Under the pieces are notes generated by a model. That model saw only the letters and a program-made list of their open reading frames with translations, was not told the DNA's origin and searched no databases. Source: a virus (lineage: Duplodnaviria > Caudoviricetes). From it: a DNA stretch of 60,636 bases. The number at the start of each line of letters is the position of its first letter. Positions within the stretch are counted from its first letter, which is position 1. The translations under genes were made by a program, and so were the position numbers. Shown in pieces: positions 25,485 through 35,727 of this stretch. The stretch lies in IMG/VR virus record IMGVR_UViG_3300042908_000332, positions 1-60,636 of that record. The stretch is one strand, 5' to 3'.

Positions 25485-25525
25485 TACAAACCTACGAACC
25501 TTTTTTCTATCCACCAAATTTTAAG

Positions 25526-25682
25526 TGAAAAAAAATAAAGAAAGAAAAAGAAAAATAAGAAAAGAGAAAAAGAAAAAAAGAAGCAAAAAAAGAAAAAGAG
25601 AAAAGAAAAGATTAACTATATATTCGTATATACTACGTATATACTCACATATACTTAATCAAAAAGAAAAAGAAAGAAACCC
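25526..25682 (+). repeat. polypurine A/G tract and TATAC repeats
   Basis: ~85 nt almost only A/G, then tatatattcgtatatactacgtatatactcacatatac, then a second A/G tract. Confidence 0.7.
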
Positions 25683-25712
25683 AAACCCAAAATTTTTTAT
25701 AAATTTTTTGCA

Positions 25713-25720
25713 TATATTTG
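25713..25720 (+). promoter_or_regulatory. Bacteroidota -7 promoter element TATATTTG
   Basis: Consensus match upstream of structural gene at 25793. Confidence 0.7.
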
Positions 25721-25792
25721 CCGAGTACTATGCACGGTGCATGGTTATTTTTTAACCACACAGACTTAGGTCGGTGTATAATTTTATTTAAA

Positions 25793-26599
25793 ATGGCAAT
25801 TACTTTTAAACTTCCGGTAATCAATGCTGATTCTGCATTGTTACTAAACACTCCAGTTGCTGCTACAGATGTAGTTTTGGCTTCTGGTCGTTTGACAATC
25901 AAAGACGAATCAGGCGCTAACGCTTTGATCGTTAAAGCTTCTGACCTTCTTGGTTTCCGCTACACTGCTGGTACTGTTGGTACTGCAAACGTAGTTGATG
26001 TTCAGTTGTCTGCTGCTGCTTTGGTTCCAAACGGTCTTTATTCATTGACTGTTTCTGCTCCTTACGCTCAAGCTTTCTTCAGTGGTGGTGTTGAAACTAA
26101 CGCTACATTCCAAGCTCGTACTTACACTGCTGGTGTAGATGCTACTCCAACTGCTGCTGAATTGGCTACATTATTTGCTGCTGAAATCAACGCTGACGTT
26201 AACGCTTATTTTACTGCTGTTGTAACTGGTAGTACAACTGTTCGTATCACAGCTGACAATGCAGGTTTTGGTGGATTGAACGTAGTTGCTCCTGTTGGTG
26301 CTACTGTAACTGATTCTACTGCATGGGTATCTCCTGCTGGAACTCCATCACAAGTTCTTGCTCAGATCAACAATGCTTCTTTGGTTACTGCTGCTCTTTA
26401 CCAAACTTACCAAATCATTTACCGAAAAGAAATCCGCACAAACCTAGTTAATGGTCTTGAGGTTTCTAAGCCAGTTACTGCTTTGGTATACTTGAATGCT
26501 GCTGACGCTGGTACTGCTGCAACTGTTACAAAATTGACTTCAATCTTGAACGGTTCTTATACACCTGTTGCTGACTTCTTGGGTTGTCCAGCTGTATAA
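25793..26599 (+). CDS. virion structural protein (auxiliary capsid/decoration-like)
   Basis: Ala/Thr/Val-rich, strongly biased codons like the capsid gene; start MAITFKLP. Confidence 0.7.
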   Translation: MAITFKLPVINADSALLLNTPVAATDVVLASGRLTIKDESGANALIVKASDLLGFRYTAGTVGTANVVDVQLSAAALVPNGLYSLTVSAPYAQAFFSGGVETNATFQARTYTAGVDATPTAAELATLFAAEINADVNAYFTAVVTGSTTVRITADNAGFGGLNVVAPVGATVTDSTAWVSPAGTPSQVLAQINNASLVTAALYQTYQIIYRKEIRTNLVNGLEVSKPVTALVYLNAADAGTAATVTKLTSILNGSYTPVADFLGCPAV

Positions 26600-26619
26600 T
26601 TAAATTTTAATTACCTTTG

Positions 26620-26654
26620 TAGGGTAGGCATTAAATTGTCTACCCTATTTTTTT
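26620..26654 (+). terminator. intrinsic terminator next to promoter element TACCTTTG (26612-26619)
   Basis: TAGGGTAGGCA-TTAAAT-TGTCTACCCTA followed by T run. Confidence 0.75.
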
Positions 26655-26663
26655 ATTACTTTT

Positions 26664-27227
26664 ATGGCTGAAAAAGAAGTTGAATTAGTTCTATTCGGGC
26701 TAGAAACAGAAAACGATCTGAGGTTAGAGTACCCTGAGTTAGCTGAGATAGACGAGTTTAAAGGACTTAAAGCAAAAGAGGTAAGACTTAGTTGGTTACT
26801 TGGAAATAGAACAAGTCCAATTTACAGACTAAGCAAAAAGGAAAGGTTGTCAAAAGCCCTAGAGTTAACTTACGGCAGGGATTACCATATCCGAAAAGAC
26901 CTTGGCGAGATTATCAGAGGGGAACTTCCTGACTATATCGTCAATGCCGTCAGAAAAATGGAGTCATTCAATCCTGAGTACAGGTTGAGGGCAAAGTTGA
27001 TGACGCAGTATATGTTTGAAATATTGAACGAAATGATTGTCCTTGACTCTCAAACACTTGCGGCCATGGACATTGATGAAAAGAAAAAGTACACTGACTT
27101 AGTTGTTAAGGTTAATGATGAGCTACCGGGTATGATTAAAAACTTAGAATCAGCATACGGAGCTAAGACTGTAGATAAGAAAACTAGGAAGCAAGTGCTT
27201 GTTAAAATTAATGATGTATTGAAGTGA
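26664..27227 (+). CDS. hypothetical protein upstream of portal
   Basis: Helical 187 aa ORF; function not recognisable. Confidence 0.75.
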   Translation: MAEKEVELVLFGLETENDLRLEYPELAEIDEFKGLKAKEVRLSWLLGNRTSPIYRLSKKERLSKALELTYGRDYHIRKDLGEIIRGELPDYIVNAVRKMESFNPEYRLRAKLMTQYMFEILNEMIVLDSQTLAAMDIDEKKKYTDLVVKVNDELPGMIKNLESAYGAKTVDKKTRKQVLVKINDVLK

Positions 27228-27228
27228 T

Positions 27229-29433
27229 ATGAGTTATATGTTCAGCACAGGTAGACTTAGACCTAATAAGCTACAAGGAAAAAAGGATAAGGACTACCAC
27301 AAAGAATATGCGAAGTATTGTCTTGCTATTATGAGCAACTATATTTATCGCAGATATATCAATAAGTGCTTGATCAACTGGTCATTCTTTAAAGGTCAGG
27401 ATGGTCAATGGATCTTCGAAGAAGACATCGAAGCATTCTTTTTGGATGAGTCAGGAGATGTCCGTAACCGACTCAAATGGACAAAAAACGTTATCAAGCC
27501 AATGGTACAGCAGTATGTTGGTAATGCTATTCGTTTATCATACGATGCTCGTGCCAACTGCGTATCTGATTTTGTAATCAACAAGCGTGAGCAGGAACTT
27601 AAAAGACTTAAATCCTTACAAAAGGTTGCTGAGTCAATGCCTTTCTTAAAAGAAATTATTCAAGAAAATAATCCTGTTCTTGATACTGAAATGGAAACAG
27701 AAGAGCTGTTCTACAATACTTTTGTTGAGAATTACGAAAAGGACATTAATAATCTCATTGAGTTCATTGCAAATGAAGTTAACATTGATGAGTTAAAAAC
27801 ACAAATTACTCGTAACCTAGCTCTTTGTGGATTAGGTATCTATAAAGGTTATGAAGCAGGTGAAAATTATATGGCAGAAGCTATTAACCCACTATTCTTT
27901 TTGTGGGATATGTCTGCTAAGAAGCCTGATTTAACTGATGCTGAGTTTATGGGTGAATGGTACTACATGGATAGCCCATCTATCTTTGAGAAGTATCCAC
28001 ACCTAACAAATGATGAGCGTGAGGCAATTGAGAACTACTCAAATCACACGAATCAAAACAATATGCACAAAATTGTAAACGGAATCTATACCATCCCAGG
28101 CGGAAAGGTTCCTACTTACGAAGTATATTGGAAAGATGTAGAGAAGAAAGAATACGGGTGGGTTATGGATGAGTATGGTTATCCTTACTACACCATGGTT
28201 AACGATCCAACTTCTAAGTATACTGATAAAGACCTAATTGAGCCTCAGACTGAAAAGCACAAAGAGGAAATGGGTAACAAGAAGAAACAAACTATCTATG
28301 TAGATATTCTTCGCTACTGCATTATGATTCCTCAAGAGGAGATTGGCTATGGAGATATTGTACTTGAGTACGGAATTATGCCTTACCAAGAGAAAAATCT
28401 TTATGATCCTGCAAATGTTCGTTTCCCTTATAAGTGTTACACTTGGGTATATGACCGCGGAGAGGTTTTAACGCCATTAGATGACGTTATTGATCCACAA
28501 AGGTTCCTTAACCGTACCATATCAGTTATCGAGTCTCAGATGGCAAATATGCGTGGTAGCGGCACTGTTATCTCTAAGTCTGCTGTTGACGATAGAGATG
28601 GAGAGGCTGATATTACAAGAAACATTAATTCATCTAAACCAATCTTCGTAGATACTGACCGTGTTGGATCAGTGCAGAATGCTATTGGTACTTATGGTAC
28701 AAACATTGGTCCTGGAACGCTACAGATGTTCCAAGTTATTCAGGCTGTACAGCAATCTATTCAGGATGTTACAGGTGTGAATGAGGCTATGACGGGTACT
28801 CAAGGTGGTGGAGATGTATTAGTTGGTGTAGTTGAAGCTCAGATTCAACGTGGTTCATTAGTGCAAGAGCCGTTCTATTGGGCATTAACATCTATCTTGC
28901 GTCAGGCATACGAGCATATGGCTACAGTTGGTAAGGCTATCTATCACGACAATCCACGTAAACTTGCTATGATGGTTGGAGATGATGGTCTAGGTAGAAT
29001 TGAAATTACAAAAGACCATTTACTACAGGACTACAGAATCTTTATTAAGCGTTCAGAAACACCTGAGCAAGGAATCAATGCAGCAAATCAGTTATTGTTC
29101 ACATTGCTTCAAGCAGGTATGATTGATCAGATTACTTTTGCTAATTTGTTTAATCGTGCTACACCTGAATTAGTTGCAGATGCATTAAGAAGATTCCAAA
29201 GAGATAAATTGATGGCTCAACAACAAGCAGATAAGGCTTCGAATGAAGGAATGATTCAAGGTCGTGCCGCACAGGCGGATATGATTAGTCAGTTACAACA
29301 AGCTGAACAGGATCAAGAGCAGAAGCAACTTGAGATGCAAGACTTAGCTCATCAGCAAGAAATGGAAAAGGTAGCTTTAAAAGAAGGAGCTAAAACAGAA
29401 AGAGATATAATTAAAATGCAAGGTTTGCAATAA
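27229..29433 (+). CDS. portal protein
   Basis: 734 aa, position before scaffold and capsid, QSIQDVTGVNEAMTG motif, Gln-rich coiled-coil C-terminal barrel as in P22-like portals. Confidence 0.88.
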   Translation: MSYMFSTGRLRPNKLQGKKDKDYHKEYAKYCLAIMSNYIYRRYINKCLINWSFFKGQDGQWIFEEDIEAFFLDESGDVRNRLKWTKNVIKPMVQQYVGNAIRLSYDARANCVSDFVINKREQELKRLKSLQKVAESMPFLKEIIQENNPVLDTEMETEELFYNTFVENYEKDINNLIEFIANEVNIDELKTQITRNLALCGLGIYKGYEAGENYMAEAINPLFFLWDMSAKKPDLTDAEFMGEWYYMDSPSIFEKYPHLTNDEREAIENYSNHTNQNNMHKIVNGIYTIPGGKVPTYEVYWKDVEKKEYGWVMDEYGYPYYTMVNDPTSKYTDKDLIEPQTEKHKEEMGNKKKQTIYVDILRYCIMIPQEEIGYGDIVLEYGIMPYQEKNLYDPANVRFPYKCYTWVYDRGEVLTPLDDVIDPQRFLNRTISVIESQMANMRGSGTVISKSAVDDRDGEADITRNINSSKPIFVDTDRVGSVQNAIGTYGTNIGPGTLQMFQVIQAVQQSIQDVTGVNEAMTGTQGGGDVLVGVVEAQIQRGSLVQEPFYWALTSILRQAYEHMATVGKAIYHDNPRKLAMMVGDDGLGRIEITKDHLLQDYRIFIKRSETPEQGINAANQLLFTLLQAGMIDQITFANLFNRATPELVADALRRFQRDKLMAQQQADKASNEGMIQGRAAQADMISQLQQAEQDQEQKQLEMQDLAHQQEMEKVALKEGAKTERDIIKMQGLQ

Positions 29434-29463
29434 ATGATTATTTTTGAACAAATAAAGTAAAGT

Positions 29464-30636
29464 ATGAGCGATACCAACTTCGAAAAAGAAGTTCAGAATG
29501 TCTCTCAGGATATCTTTGACAGCCCAGCTGTTGCGGAACTAGATCCAGGGATGCAGGAACAACTTCGACAAATTGAAGCTTTGGCCGGAATGGACCCAGG
29601 CTTCGCAAACTCTCAGGAGTATAAAGACTTGATGTCTAGCTTACAGGCAAGTAGTCAAGCACCTCAAAACGATGAGGAAGATGAGGACGAAGAGGAAGAA
29701 GATGATAGTGAAGAGCCACAGGGTTCTGACGATGACATCTTCGGAATTATGTCAACTCCAAAAAAGGCAAAAGAAATTAAACTTAATTTTGAGCCACCGA
29801 AGGAGATGATTGACCTTATCTCTAGTCGTTATGGCGTGAATGATGCGTCTAAGTTCTTTTCATCTGTTGAAACGTGGAGAAGTCAAGCCCAAGAAGGGTC
29901 TGAATTGAAACGTGAGTATGAAGCATTAACTGCTGACTTGCAGGCTTTGCCAATGGATTTGCGTTCATCTATTGAGATGTGGGCATCAGGTGAGGACTAC
30001 ACGAAAGCTTTGACTATGACTCAAAGACTGGACTTTTCGGGTGATTTTAAAAATCAAGATCCTGAAAGCCTTGTCCAGCATTATTTTGATGAGCAGTACG
30101 ATGAGATAAATTCCGAACTTGAGAACGGAGATATTTCTGAGTCTGAGTATGAAAATAGGATAAAGCTTCTAGCGAATTCAGCAAAAAGGTTATTTGTCGA
30201 TGACAAAAAAGCATTAGAGAAAGAGCGTGAGGACTTCCTAAATCGTCAGAGGAACGAACAAGAGAATCTGAAGAAGACGGCACTCCTTTCCGTTGAAAAT
30301 CTAAGTAAGGCTTACCCTAACTTCAGTAAGTCCGAGGTCTCTAAGATCCGGAGCATATTGGTTGAGGGGAAAGCAGATAATCTTTTCATGAATGCCGATG
30401 GTACATACAAAGAAGACGCAGCTGAATTAGTTGCTTATGCTATGTACGGCAAGAAGATGCTCGAATCCGTCAAGAAGATTGCCCAGCGTCAAGGTGAAAG
30501 TATGGCTAACCAAAAGATAGTCGATTCAAGTCCGAAGCAATTGCGTAAGCAGAAAGCTTCAGGTCCGAACCAAGGACAAGTTCCTCAGGCGGCACAGCAC
30601 TTGAGTGGTTTATTTAAAGGAGATCCATACGCATAG
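29464..30636 (+). CDS. capsid scaffolding protein
   Basis: Acidic N-terminal region plus coiled coil, between portal and capsid; promoter element TATTTTTG at 29439-29446. Confidence 0.75.
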   Translation: MSDTNFEKEVQNVSQDIFDSPAVAELDPGMQEQLRQIEALAGMDPGFANSQEYKDLMSSLQASSQAPQNDEEDEDEEEEDDSEEPQGSDDDIFGIMSTPKKAKEIKLNFEPPKEMIDLISSRYGVNDASKFFSSVETWRSQAQEGSELKREYEALTADLQALPMDLRSSIEMWASGEDYTKALTMTQRLDFSGDFKNQDPESLVQHYFDEQYDEINSELENGDISESEYENRIKLLANSAKRLFVDDKKALEKEREDFLNRQRNEQENLKKTALLSVENLSKAYPNFSKSEVSKIRSILVEGKADNLFMNADGTYKEDAAELVAYAMYGKKMLESVKKIAQRQGESMANQKIVDSSPKQLRKQKASGPNQGQVPQAAQHLSGLFKGDPYA

Positions 30637-30669
30637 TAAATTAATTGTAAATTTTTAAACTGAAGCAAA

Positions 30670-31908
30670 ATGGCTTTGTATAATGAACCGAACGTTAAGT
30701 TCACCAACCAGAACTACAACTCCGTAGGATCTGAGTATGCAGCTTTGTATGGTCACGATATCTCGTTACTCGTACAAAAGTTGACTAACCGTGCAATCTT
30801 TGATGCTGCTCCTCAGCAGTTCATGGATCTTAAATTGTTGAACATGGTAGCGGCAGAGCAAGTAAACTCTGACGAATTCTTCTACCAAGAGATGGGTTAC
30901 CAGCGTGAGCCGCTTGTAGCTACAGCTTCTTCTGCTGCTGTTTCTTGGCCTACAACTCAAACAATTTCTGTTACCTCTACAGACAACATTTCAAGCAATA
31001 CAATTATCTCTTATCCTAACGGACAAAAAGGTAGTGTGATTTCTGTTGACACTTCTTTGTTGACTGTAACTGTATCTCCTTACAATGGCGATACTCTTCC
31101 TGCTGTTTCAGCGGATGACATCCTTGCTAACGTATCTTCTGTTGACCACGATGGTTCTGACGGTTTCGCTCAGTACTTCCGTGCTTCTACAATTGAGCGT
31201 GTAAACTACGTTCAGTTGTTCAACAAAGCTATCCGTTACTCTGAAGTTGAGCTTCACAAGTTGAAGACTATGGGTACTACCTCTAACTTCCTTGAAATGG
31301 AACGTAATGCGATGTTCAACCAACACCGTATCGACCTTTCTAACGCATTCTGGACTGGTCAAAAAGGTGAAATCATCACTGCTGACGGTACTCCTGCTAA
31401 AACTACAGGTGGTGTATTCTCTGCTATGGTAGAAGCTGGTGCTCCTAACGCTGTTGCAACTACTGCAACTTTGGTAGATGCATTCGAAGATATCGTATTG
31501 TCTTCTGAATATGGTGACTACGGTCAAGCTCGTATGGCGTTTATGACTCCACGTATGCACCGTGCACTTTCTTTGGCTTACAAAGAAGAACTTACTCGTT
31601 ACGCTCCTAACGATGAGATCGCATTGTTGAACTTGAAAGAAATCAATCTTGGTTCTTCACGTATCGTTCTCGTTCCATTCAAGCGTTTCGAAGATAAGGC
31701 ATCATTCCCAGGTTCTTTCGAGAATCGTATTGTACTTCTTGATATGAAAAACATCAAGCGTACTCAACTTTGGGGTGAGCGTTCAGGTGACACCCTCAAA
31801 TTAGAGGATGGTGTTCCTAAGCGTTACGGTGACGTATGGGTAGACTGCAACATGGGTGTGAAATTCCACAACCCACTTGCTTGTGCATACCTTGACGTTA
31901 ATATGTAA
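30670..31908 (+). CDS. major capsid protein
   Basis: 412 aa after scaffold, highly biased codons, NAFWTGQKG...TTGGVFS pattern, followed by terminator. Confidence 0.88.
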   Translation: MALYNEPNVKFTNQNYNSVGSEYAALYGHDISLLVQKLTNRAIFDAAPQQFMDLKLLNMVAAEQVNSDEFFYQEMGYQREPLVATASSAAVSWPTTQTISVTSTDNISSNTIISYPNGQKGSVISVDTSLLTVTVSPYNGDTLPAVSADDILANVSSVDHDGSDGFAQYFRASTIERVNYVQLFNKAIRYSEVELHKLKTMGTTSNFLEMERNAMFNQHRIDLSNAFWTGQKGEIITADGTPAKTTGGVFSAMVEAGAPNAVATTATLVDAFEDIVLSSEYGDYGQARMAFMTPRMHRALSLAYKEELTRYAPNDEIALLNLKEINLGSSRIVLVPFKRFEDKASFPGSFENRIVLLDMKNIKRTQLWGERSGDTLKLEDGVPKRYGDVWVDCNMGVKFHNPLACAYLDVNM

Positions 31909-31930
31909 TATCTGTTAACTACTACTAGAT

Positions 31931-31956
31931 GGGGAGGCTTCGGTCTCCCCTCTTTT
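31931..31956 (+). terminator. intrinsic terminator after capsid gene
   Basis: GGGGAGGC-TTCG-GTCTCCCC-TCTTTT. Confidence 0.85.
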
Positions 31957-31976
31957 AAAACTTTAATTTTTTAATT

Positions 31977-32768
31977 ATGCCAGTAAAAAAAGTAAAAGAC
32001 GTTACTCCTGAAACTGAAACTACAGTATTTGAGGAGCTTAACGCACAAGAGATGAAAGAGGAGCAAGTTGTTGTAGAGAAGAAAGAAGAAGCACTTCCTG
32101 TTTCCTTGGTTGAAAAAATGATGAAAGAGCTTGAGGAGAAATTACTCAATAAGTTCACAAGTCAAATCAATAAACTTAAGACAGCAGAAGCTCAAAAAAC
32201 AATTGACTCTGACTTACAATATGTTGAGGAACTTAAAGAGGATTGGTTAGAGCAACCTGTTGTATTCTTTGCGTTCTCTATGAACTTCTCTATTCACGGT
32301 GATAAGAAACGTGGTGTAGAAAGCCTGCCTCCGCATGGTGCAATCAAATTCAAGCCATTGGTTCGTACAAAGCGAAAGCGTAACCGTGACGTTCAAGTTA
32401 TTTCTGTATCATCTATCAAGGTGAATTCTGCATCAGAAGTTGAATACCTACGTAACCACAGCCAATATGGTATCGCATTCTTTGAGAATATGACATCAGC
32501 TATGGCGGTAGACTCTACTTGGGCACAAAAAATGATGGAGGCTCAACAGTCTATTTCACGTCTTTCTGATATGCAAATTATTGCTCGTATCCAACAAGAA
32601 GGTTTATCTGTTACTCAAAGCCCTGAGGCTATGCGTAGACAGCTTGTTGAGTTAACGGCAGAGCGTGCTAAAAAGCAGCAAGACCAATTATTGTACGGTA
32701 GCTTGAAGCAATCTAGCTTGGAGCGTGGTACAAACCGAGTTATTACTGAAAAAACAATTATTAATTAA
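31977..32768 (+). CDS. hypothetical protein (head assembly region)
   Basis: ORF directly after capsid gene. Confidence 0.75.
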   Translation: MPVKKVKDVTPETETTVFEELNAQEMKEEQVVVEKKEEALPVSLVEKMMKELEEKLLNKFTSQINKLKTAEAQKTIDSDLQYVEELKEDWLEQPVVFFAFSMNFSIHGDKKRGVESLPPHGAIKFKPLVRTKRKRNRDVQVISVSSIKVNSASEVEYLRNHSQYGIAFFENMTSAMAVDSTWAQKMMEAQQSISRLSDMQIIARIQQEGLSVTQSPEAMRRQLVELTAERAKKQQDQLLYGSLKQSSLERGTNRVITEKTIIN

Positions 32769-32770
32769 CC

Positions 32771-33529
32771 ATGATACTAGCACAGGATCTACGTAACCAA
32801 ATGGCTTTCGCACTAGATGCGGAGAACTCTGATCATTATCTTGATGATTTAGATTATATTCCTGCCATTAATGCATCTGTCAAATGGTTGACAAACGTAG
32901 TGAATGCTGCTTATGGTGAAGATAAATTAGGGGAAGAGTTCTTTAGGGACTTAGCATACTCAGGGGTGTTCCAAACAACGAACACCTCTAGAGTTTCCCT
33001 AAACGTATTCCCTAGTGAAGTATGGACAATTTTAGGCGTCTATGCTAATCCAACAACATCTGTTATTGCAGGGTATCCACCTGTTCCTACTCCAGATGTG
33101 ACGAAAAGTTACTTTTTAAGCAATCTTCGTCATTTAGCATCTTCTGATTCTTGCAAAAGATTGAATGTAGAGGAATGGTCAACTAATACAAATAACCCAT
33201 TTGAAGCAGGTTACGATGGAGATCAGATATGTGATGCTCTAAAACTATATGCTTATATGTCTCCTTTTAATTATGAAGGAGTTAACTCAGGAGTTAATTC
33301 TGCTGAATTAGAGGTAAGACCTTCTATAGTCAATGGTAAGATTACTGTGTTCTGGGCTAAAAAACCATCACCAATTACTTCTTTGTCTGAAAACATAGAA
33401 TTCCCTAACAGTGTATTCCAATTGTTATTTGATAAAGCTTTAAACTATATTGCCTATAAACAAGGTGATCAGACTAACATCTATGGTGTTACATCTCAAG
33501 ATATTCAACAACTATTAAGCGTAATGTAA
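32771..33529 (+). CDS. putative head-tail adaptor/tail ring protein
   Basis: ~250 aa; N-terminal helices and C-terminal KKP...IEFP..VFQLL pattern; synteny. Confidence 0.65.
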   Translation: MILAQDLRNQMAFALDAENSDHYLDDLDYIPAINASVKWLTNVVNAAYGEDKLGEEFFRDLAYSGVFQTTNTSRVSLNVFPSEVWTILGVYANPTTSVIAGYPPVPTPDVTKSYFLSNLRHLASSDSCKRLNVEEWSTNTNNPFEAGYDGDQICDALKLYAYMSPFNYEGVNSGVNSAELEVRPSIVNGKITVFWAKKPSPITSLSENIEFPNSVFQLLFDKALNYIAYKQGDQTNIYGVTSQDIQQLLSVM

Positions 33530-33530
33530 G

Positions 33531-34259
33531 ATGACGTATAGATATGTAATATATGACCTAGATAAGAGCTTTAATGCTGCTTTTGATGATGCTGATTTTA
33601 CATTAAATCAAATCCTATATTGGGTTATGGTTGTGGCTAATAGAATGCGTTTACAGCAAACTATGGCTACTAATACGGACTTGTTTACTTCTACTTTTAA
33701 CAATGTAGAGGTTAAGACCGATTCTAAAGGAAGAAAATACATTGATTTACCGGTGCAGATTATGGATTTGCCTAATAACTCCGGTGTAATCTATATCACA
33801 TATAATGAGGAAACTTGCAAATGCGAGGGTCCTTCTTTTGCTCAAGTATGGTTTCAGGGCGTAAACTTGGGTAGTGTTCAGCACTTGTACTTAGATGAGT
33901 ATACTAAGCCTAGCGCTAAAAATCCTTACTTCTATCGTATTGGAGATCACATTGATGGTGTTAAAGTAAACAGAATCTATCTACTTGGATTAGAGTGTGT
34001 TCCTGTTAAGGATGTTGAGATTGCAGTAAAAGCAACTCTTGACCCAAAAACACTATGTAATTTAGATGAGGATATTCCATTGCCAGAAGAAATGATTCAG
34101 GAATTAATGATGCAAGTACTACAGCTTGGTAGATTTGTTATGTTGATGCCGAAAGAGAATATTAATGATGGAGAGGATGATGCAGAAATTGATCCAAGGT
34201 TATACGCTAACAGATCTATCCCTACCCCTGATACAACCACTCAACAAACCGCACAATAA
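33531..34259 (+). CDS. putative tail ring protein
   Basis: YIDLP...LDEDIPLPEEMIQELM pattern; synteny. Confidence 0.65.
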   Translation: MTYRYVIYDLDKSFNAAFDDADFTLNQILYWVMVVANRMRLQQTMATNTDLFTSTFNNVEVKTDSKGRKYIDLPVQIMDLPNNSGVIYITYNEETCKCEGPSFAQVWFQGVNLGSVQHLYLDEYTKPSAKNPYFYRIGDHIDGVKVNRIYLLGLECVPVKDVEIAVKATLDPKTLCNLDEDIPLPEEMIQELMMQVLQLGRFVMLMPKENINDGEDDAEIDPRLYANRSIPTPDTTTQQTAQ

Positions 34260-35029
34260 TGACTTCTAACGACTACGTATCCATAGAGCACTTATTAGCA
34301 GAAGTTACTGCTACAGTGAACGACACAGATTACAAGAAGGGCTTTCCTAAGGGATGGTACATTTCTCGTATTCAAGATGCTATGCAGGAGTTGTCATTTG
34401 ATACCTTTTGGTTAAAGGTTCAGCAGGACGTTGAATTTCCTGAGAACTGTCAGCTTGAAATGCCTAAGAATACGTTTAACATTCGTGAAATATACCTATA
34501 CAATGGTTCTTTATGTAACCCACAGAAGACTCAGATGGTATATTGGAAGCGTTTGTTTAATAATACAGCTAGTGGCGATGGCTATACAGCACAGGTAAAA
34601 GATGATGGCAGTAATGGTTCTGATATCTATCAGCCTAATCAGCGTGTTTACACGGGTAATATGCAGGGTTTTTATGGACCTAAATACTACTATAACGTAT
34701 TAAATGGATTGGTTATGTTCAGTAGAGAATGTAAAGGATATTCATTTGTTCGTATTGTGTACAATGGTATGGGCGTGGAGAATGGTGATTTACCTGTTAT
34801 TCCTAGATTCTTTGAGCGTGCTGTAGTTGACTACGTTGAAGAGAAGTTCTACAATGCTATGAAAGCTCGTGACGTTAGAATGTATCGCCCTTTATGGACA
34901 GATGCATATCAGAAACTCAATGACCTTGTAAACGGAAGCTGGAATAAAGCTAAAAAACGTATCAAGGCTATGGATTCCAAAGAGAAAGCCTCTATGGAAG
35001 AATACATCTCATCAATGTACCATAAGTAA
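34259..35029 (+). CDS. putative tail ring protein
   Basis: YVSIEHLL...VRIVYNG...NGDLPVIP...AVVDY pattern; synteny. Confidence 0.65.
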   Translation: MTSNDYVSIEHLLAEVTATVNDTDYKKGFPKGWYISRIQDAMQELSFDTFWLKVQQDVEFPENCQLEMPKNTFNIREIYLYNGSLCNPQKTQMVYWKRLFNNTASGDGYTAQVKDDGSNGSDIYQPNQRVYTGNMQGFYGPKYYYNVLNGLVMFSRECKGYSFVRIVYNGMGVENGDLPVIPRFFERAVVDYVEEKFYNAMKARDVRMYRPLWTDAYQKLNDLVNGSWNKAKKRIKAMDSKEKASMEEYISSMYHK

Positions 35030-35035
35030 TTAGCT

Positions 35036-35446
35036 ATGCCAGGGGAAGATAAATTAATAACTAGAAAAAGAAAAGCAATAGCTAAGGCTATCAGAAGTGA
35101 GGTTACACCATTGCAAAATGAAGATGGATCCGTTTCAACTCACGTTATGTCTAGTGGAGAGGGAGGAAGTGGTAAATATAAATACACTGTAAACCCAACC
35201 GTATTTCCGAATGATGGAGGGAAAACATGGACTGATTTAAGAGATAATCCTAGAGCAGCGTATGAAGAAGCTCAAAAAAGAGGAGAGGTATTTGGGTTTA
35301 AATCAGCAAAACGTGCTGAAAAATTTAGCTATGGATCATGGAAACCAGGTGATGATAGACGTGAAGCAATGTCAAATTACAGAGCTGATAAAAGATCTGG
35401 AAACCTATACACTCAATCTGAGGATTTTAAAAATAGAAAAAAATAA
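35036..35446 (+). CDS. hypothetical protein
   Basis: ORF with STHVM...PTVFP...GSWK. Confidence 0.75.
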   Translation: MPGEDKLITRKRKAIAKAIRSEVTPLQNEDGSVSTHVMSSGEGGSGKYKYTVNPTVFPNDGGKTWTDLRDNPRAAYEEAQKRGEVFGFKSAKRAEKFSYGSWKPGDDRREAMSNYRADKRSGNLYTQSEDFKNRKK

Positions 35447-35452
35447 TTAGTA

Positions 35453-35725
35453 ATGCCACAGACACTCAAGAAAGAGTTGATGAAGTGCAATTCGCCTAAG
35501 TCAACACCTAGTCACCCAAAAAAGTCTCACGTTGTCAAGGCGTGCTCAGGTGGTGTAGAGAAAATTATTCGCTTTGGACAGCAAGGCGTAAAGGGTTCAC
35601 CTAAGAAAGCAGGTGAGTCTGAGGCATATGCTAACCGTAGAAAAAGATTTAAGGCTCGTCACTCTAAGAATATTGCTAAGGGTAAAATGAGTGCTGCATA
35701 CTGGTCGAATGTCGTAAAATGGTGA
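35453..35725 (+). CDS. small basic conserved viral protein
   Basis: KIIRFGQQG...RRKRFKARH...SAAYWS..VKW. Confidence 0.8.
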   Translation: MPQTLKKELMKCNSPKSTPSHPKKSHVVKACSGGVEKIIRFGQQGVKGSPKKAGESEAYANRRKRFKARHSKNIAKGKMSAAYWSNVVKW

Positions 35726-35727
35726 TT

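Noticed and set aside
25525-25755. Lys/Arg-rich 76 aa ORF
   Set aside because: Translation of the polypurine tract; overlaps a promoter
26620-26650. GGTAG/TCTACC in the hairpin before gene 26664
   Set aside because: Both are paired within the terminator stem and not adjacent to the start codon; not counted as part of the CTACC system
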